A stretch of 64,000 nucleotides of DNA from Tubulanus polymorphus (Eukaryota; Animalia; Nemertea), in the NCBI RefSeq assembly GCF_964204645.1, contig NC_134026.1:25702150-25766149 (forward strand), given 5' to 3'. The notes beneath the pieces are model-generated. The model was not told where the DNA came from. It worked only from the letters and a program-made list of their open reading frames with translations, and ran no database searches. How positions within the stretch are numbered: position 1 is the first letter of the stretch; the number at the start of each line of letters is the position of its first letter. This document shows, one piece after another, positions 62,027 to 64,000 of the stretch. The position numbers were made by a program, and so were the translations under genes.

Positions 62027-63385
62027 GACTGCATGCTACCATTCGTGTTGCGTCGTCGTTGCGATCCTTATTTACTGTCTGTTCGGCATATATTTTGTAG
62101 AAACATTTACCAAATTGGAGAAAAATCTGATTGTACGATGATTTCTATTTATTTTCATATACATGTACCAGTTCTACAAAAATCCCTGATTTTCACAGAG
62201 GGAGAATAATCGATCTATTGCTGTGTATGTGTATTGAATGTATTTACTTGTGTATTTATTTGTTTGTACGGCAAGAGGGGAAATTTGTATTAAACAAAAA
62301 ACTTATTAAGCTGCCAACAGCCTCTTCAAATGTTGCTTAGCATTTTACATGATTTATACTAGCTGCCTTCAGATTAGGTTCTAATCTCTGATGATAATTG
62401 ATTATTAAGTGTTTTGTTATAAAAGAATAATCGGTATATTGGAAAAATAGATCTGTGAAAACACAATTTGTATTGCGAATTTTATGTTACATTGTCTTTG
62501 CTCAAATATTTGAAAGCCTTTATTCATCATTTCTAAAACGTTCAAAAAGGAGCTTTCATTTAGTAGGTGTGTTTGTTATTTACTCTTTGAATTTGATATA
62601 TTTTGTGATAGAGTAGGTTTTGAAGGCCTCCTGCTTGCAATACAACAATTGTTGAAATATTGTCTCTTAAACATACAACTTGTGCCAGTGAATATTAAAA
62701 TGGTGTTGTCTGGTGAGCTACCGGTATTATCCAAAGTATTGTTAAATTTTTAAGAGTTCATTATCCTTGTATTGTGATGATACAGTTAGTGTCTACAAGT
62801 ATATCTTCCATGTTGGGCTAAGTTTGATACGAGTCTATAGTTTAGTAATTTCATTCATTTTGTATTTGTAGCATAAGATTTACAGTAGAAGGTACTAGGT
62901 TTTGGTTCAAATATAGAAAATTAGTGTTAGTAAAATTAAGCTCACCTAACACAGAATGAAAGCTTTATCACTCAGGTTGAATTACATGCTCATGCAGTAC
63001 AACTAGACAATCTTCTTAGTTGAAGAAGTCTTGTCTTTACTTTCTGCAGTTATCAGTAAAGCGATAACTTATGTATTTATTTGTAATTACATTTTAAGAC
63101 ATAAGGTTTCTTCTCGTATGTGCATGGAAATTGTTTTATTTTATATTTTTATACTGAAATTAAAGACATTTTTACCTTACATATGTGTTATTTCTTTGCT
63201 TTTTTACTTATCGTGATAACTGTAATTTGTTCTTTGATTTATTATCGCTTTTTGGTCGTAACTTTCAGTAAAATGGACTTGTGTTTTTGTGCATGAAATT
63301 TATGTACTACTCCGATACTCTCTGGATCTACTGCTACCTGCTCATTACTGCTGGAAAATATAGTGCCTTTGTTTCCATTAAACAG

Positions 63386-63695
63386 CAGGTCCGTGAACCA
63401 CATCACACCATCGCCGAACAGAGATAACGCCCCAGATGTAAATCTGCCTTCAGTAAAACACATTCAGTTTCTGTCTCCATCTCACAGTAGCAGTAACAGT
63501 ACCACAAACAGCCCACCAAGCAACAATGAAACTAGTCCAAACAGTGGATACAGCAGTGGTAACGAGCTGGAAGACAGCGACAACTCGTCTCCAAAAAATA
63601 CACCTCGTAGAAACAACCCTGGCTGTATGACAGATCTCAGTTCTATTGTTCGTCGAGTTAAACGTGTTGCTTTAACTCCTGAAACCTGTGTTTAA
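63386..63695 (+). CDS. Candidate alternative terminal exon of NMNAT ending ...LTPETCV*
   Basis: The phase-2 donor AA|GTAAGA at 62023 joins in frame at ttccattaaacag| (63385) to a Ser/Asn/Pro-rich ORF of about 100 codons with coding-like composition. Confidence 0.65.
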
Positions 63696-64000
63696 ATAAA
63701 ATCCCATTGATGGTGAACAACTCGTGGAAACTCGTTAACAATTGCAAACATTAAGTTCCACTGTAACAACCATGTGCATATTCTAATAAGCTGTTTAACC
63801 ATAGTTAAATGTGAAAAATAGGCTGAAATAGGAATAAGATGAAGGGATATTCTGAAACAAATATCAATGAATGTTCAGTAGGAAAATACTTTCAATGTGC
63901 CATGTTCAATAACTGGTATATAATCTGCTATCTAACATAAATGCTAGATATGAACAAGTATTATATATCTGTATGTGCCTATATGTTCATGTACATGTAT

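Noticed and set aside
63836-63875. ATGA...AAA...TGA SECIS-like motif downstream of the NMNAT in-frame TGA
   Set aside because: Only about 10 nt lie between the apical As and the 3' GA, and helix II is mismatched; too short for a eukaryotic SECIS.

Overview
AT-rich, gene-dense eukaryotic (metazoan, probably invertebrate) DNA with GT-AG introns that are mostly 60-120 nt. Twelve spliced protein-coding genes can be read. In order: EXO5 (-, cut off by the window edge), LIAT1-like (+), ENOSF1 (-), MFSD2A/B-like (+), PEX12 (+), ANKFY1 (-), C22orf39/UPF0545-like (+), RNF10 (-), an uncharacterised gene (+), RNF24/RNF122-like (+), NOP14 (-) and NMNAT (+). Ten of them form five head-to-head pairs. The main anomaly is a 14,184-bp intron in NOP14 (45074-59257). 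It holds a near-perfect 1,624-bp tandem duplication and two opposite-strand exon-like ORFs that end at phase-0 donors. Both would splice in frame onto an acceptor 24 nt upstream of the NMNAT ATG, and one carries an MGNTVTC acylation-type motif. NMNAT also has a phase-2 donor at its 3' end with several usable acceptors, giving DK*, CFCA* (CaaX-like) or ETCV* (PDZ-ligand-like) C-termini. The hypothesis is one NMNAT gene, interleaved antisense with NOP14, that makes differently targeted isoforms. Gene identities come from recalled family motifs and splice models were read by eye; no searches or RNA data were used.
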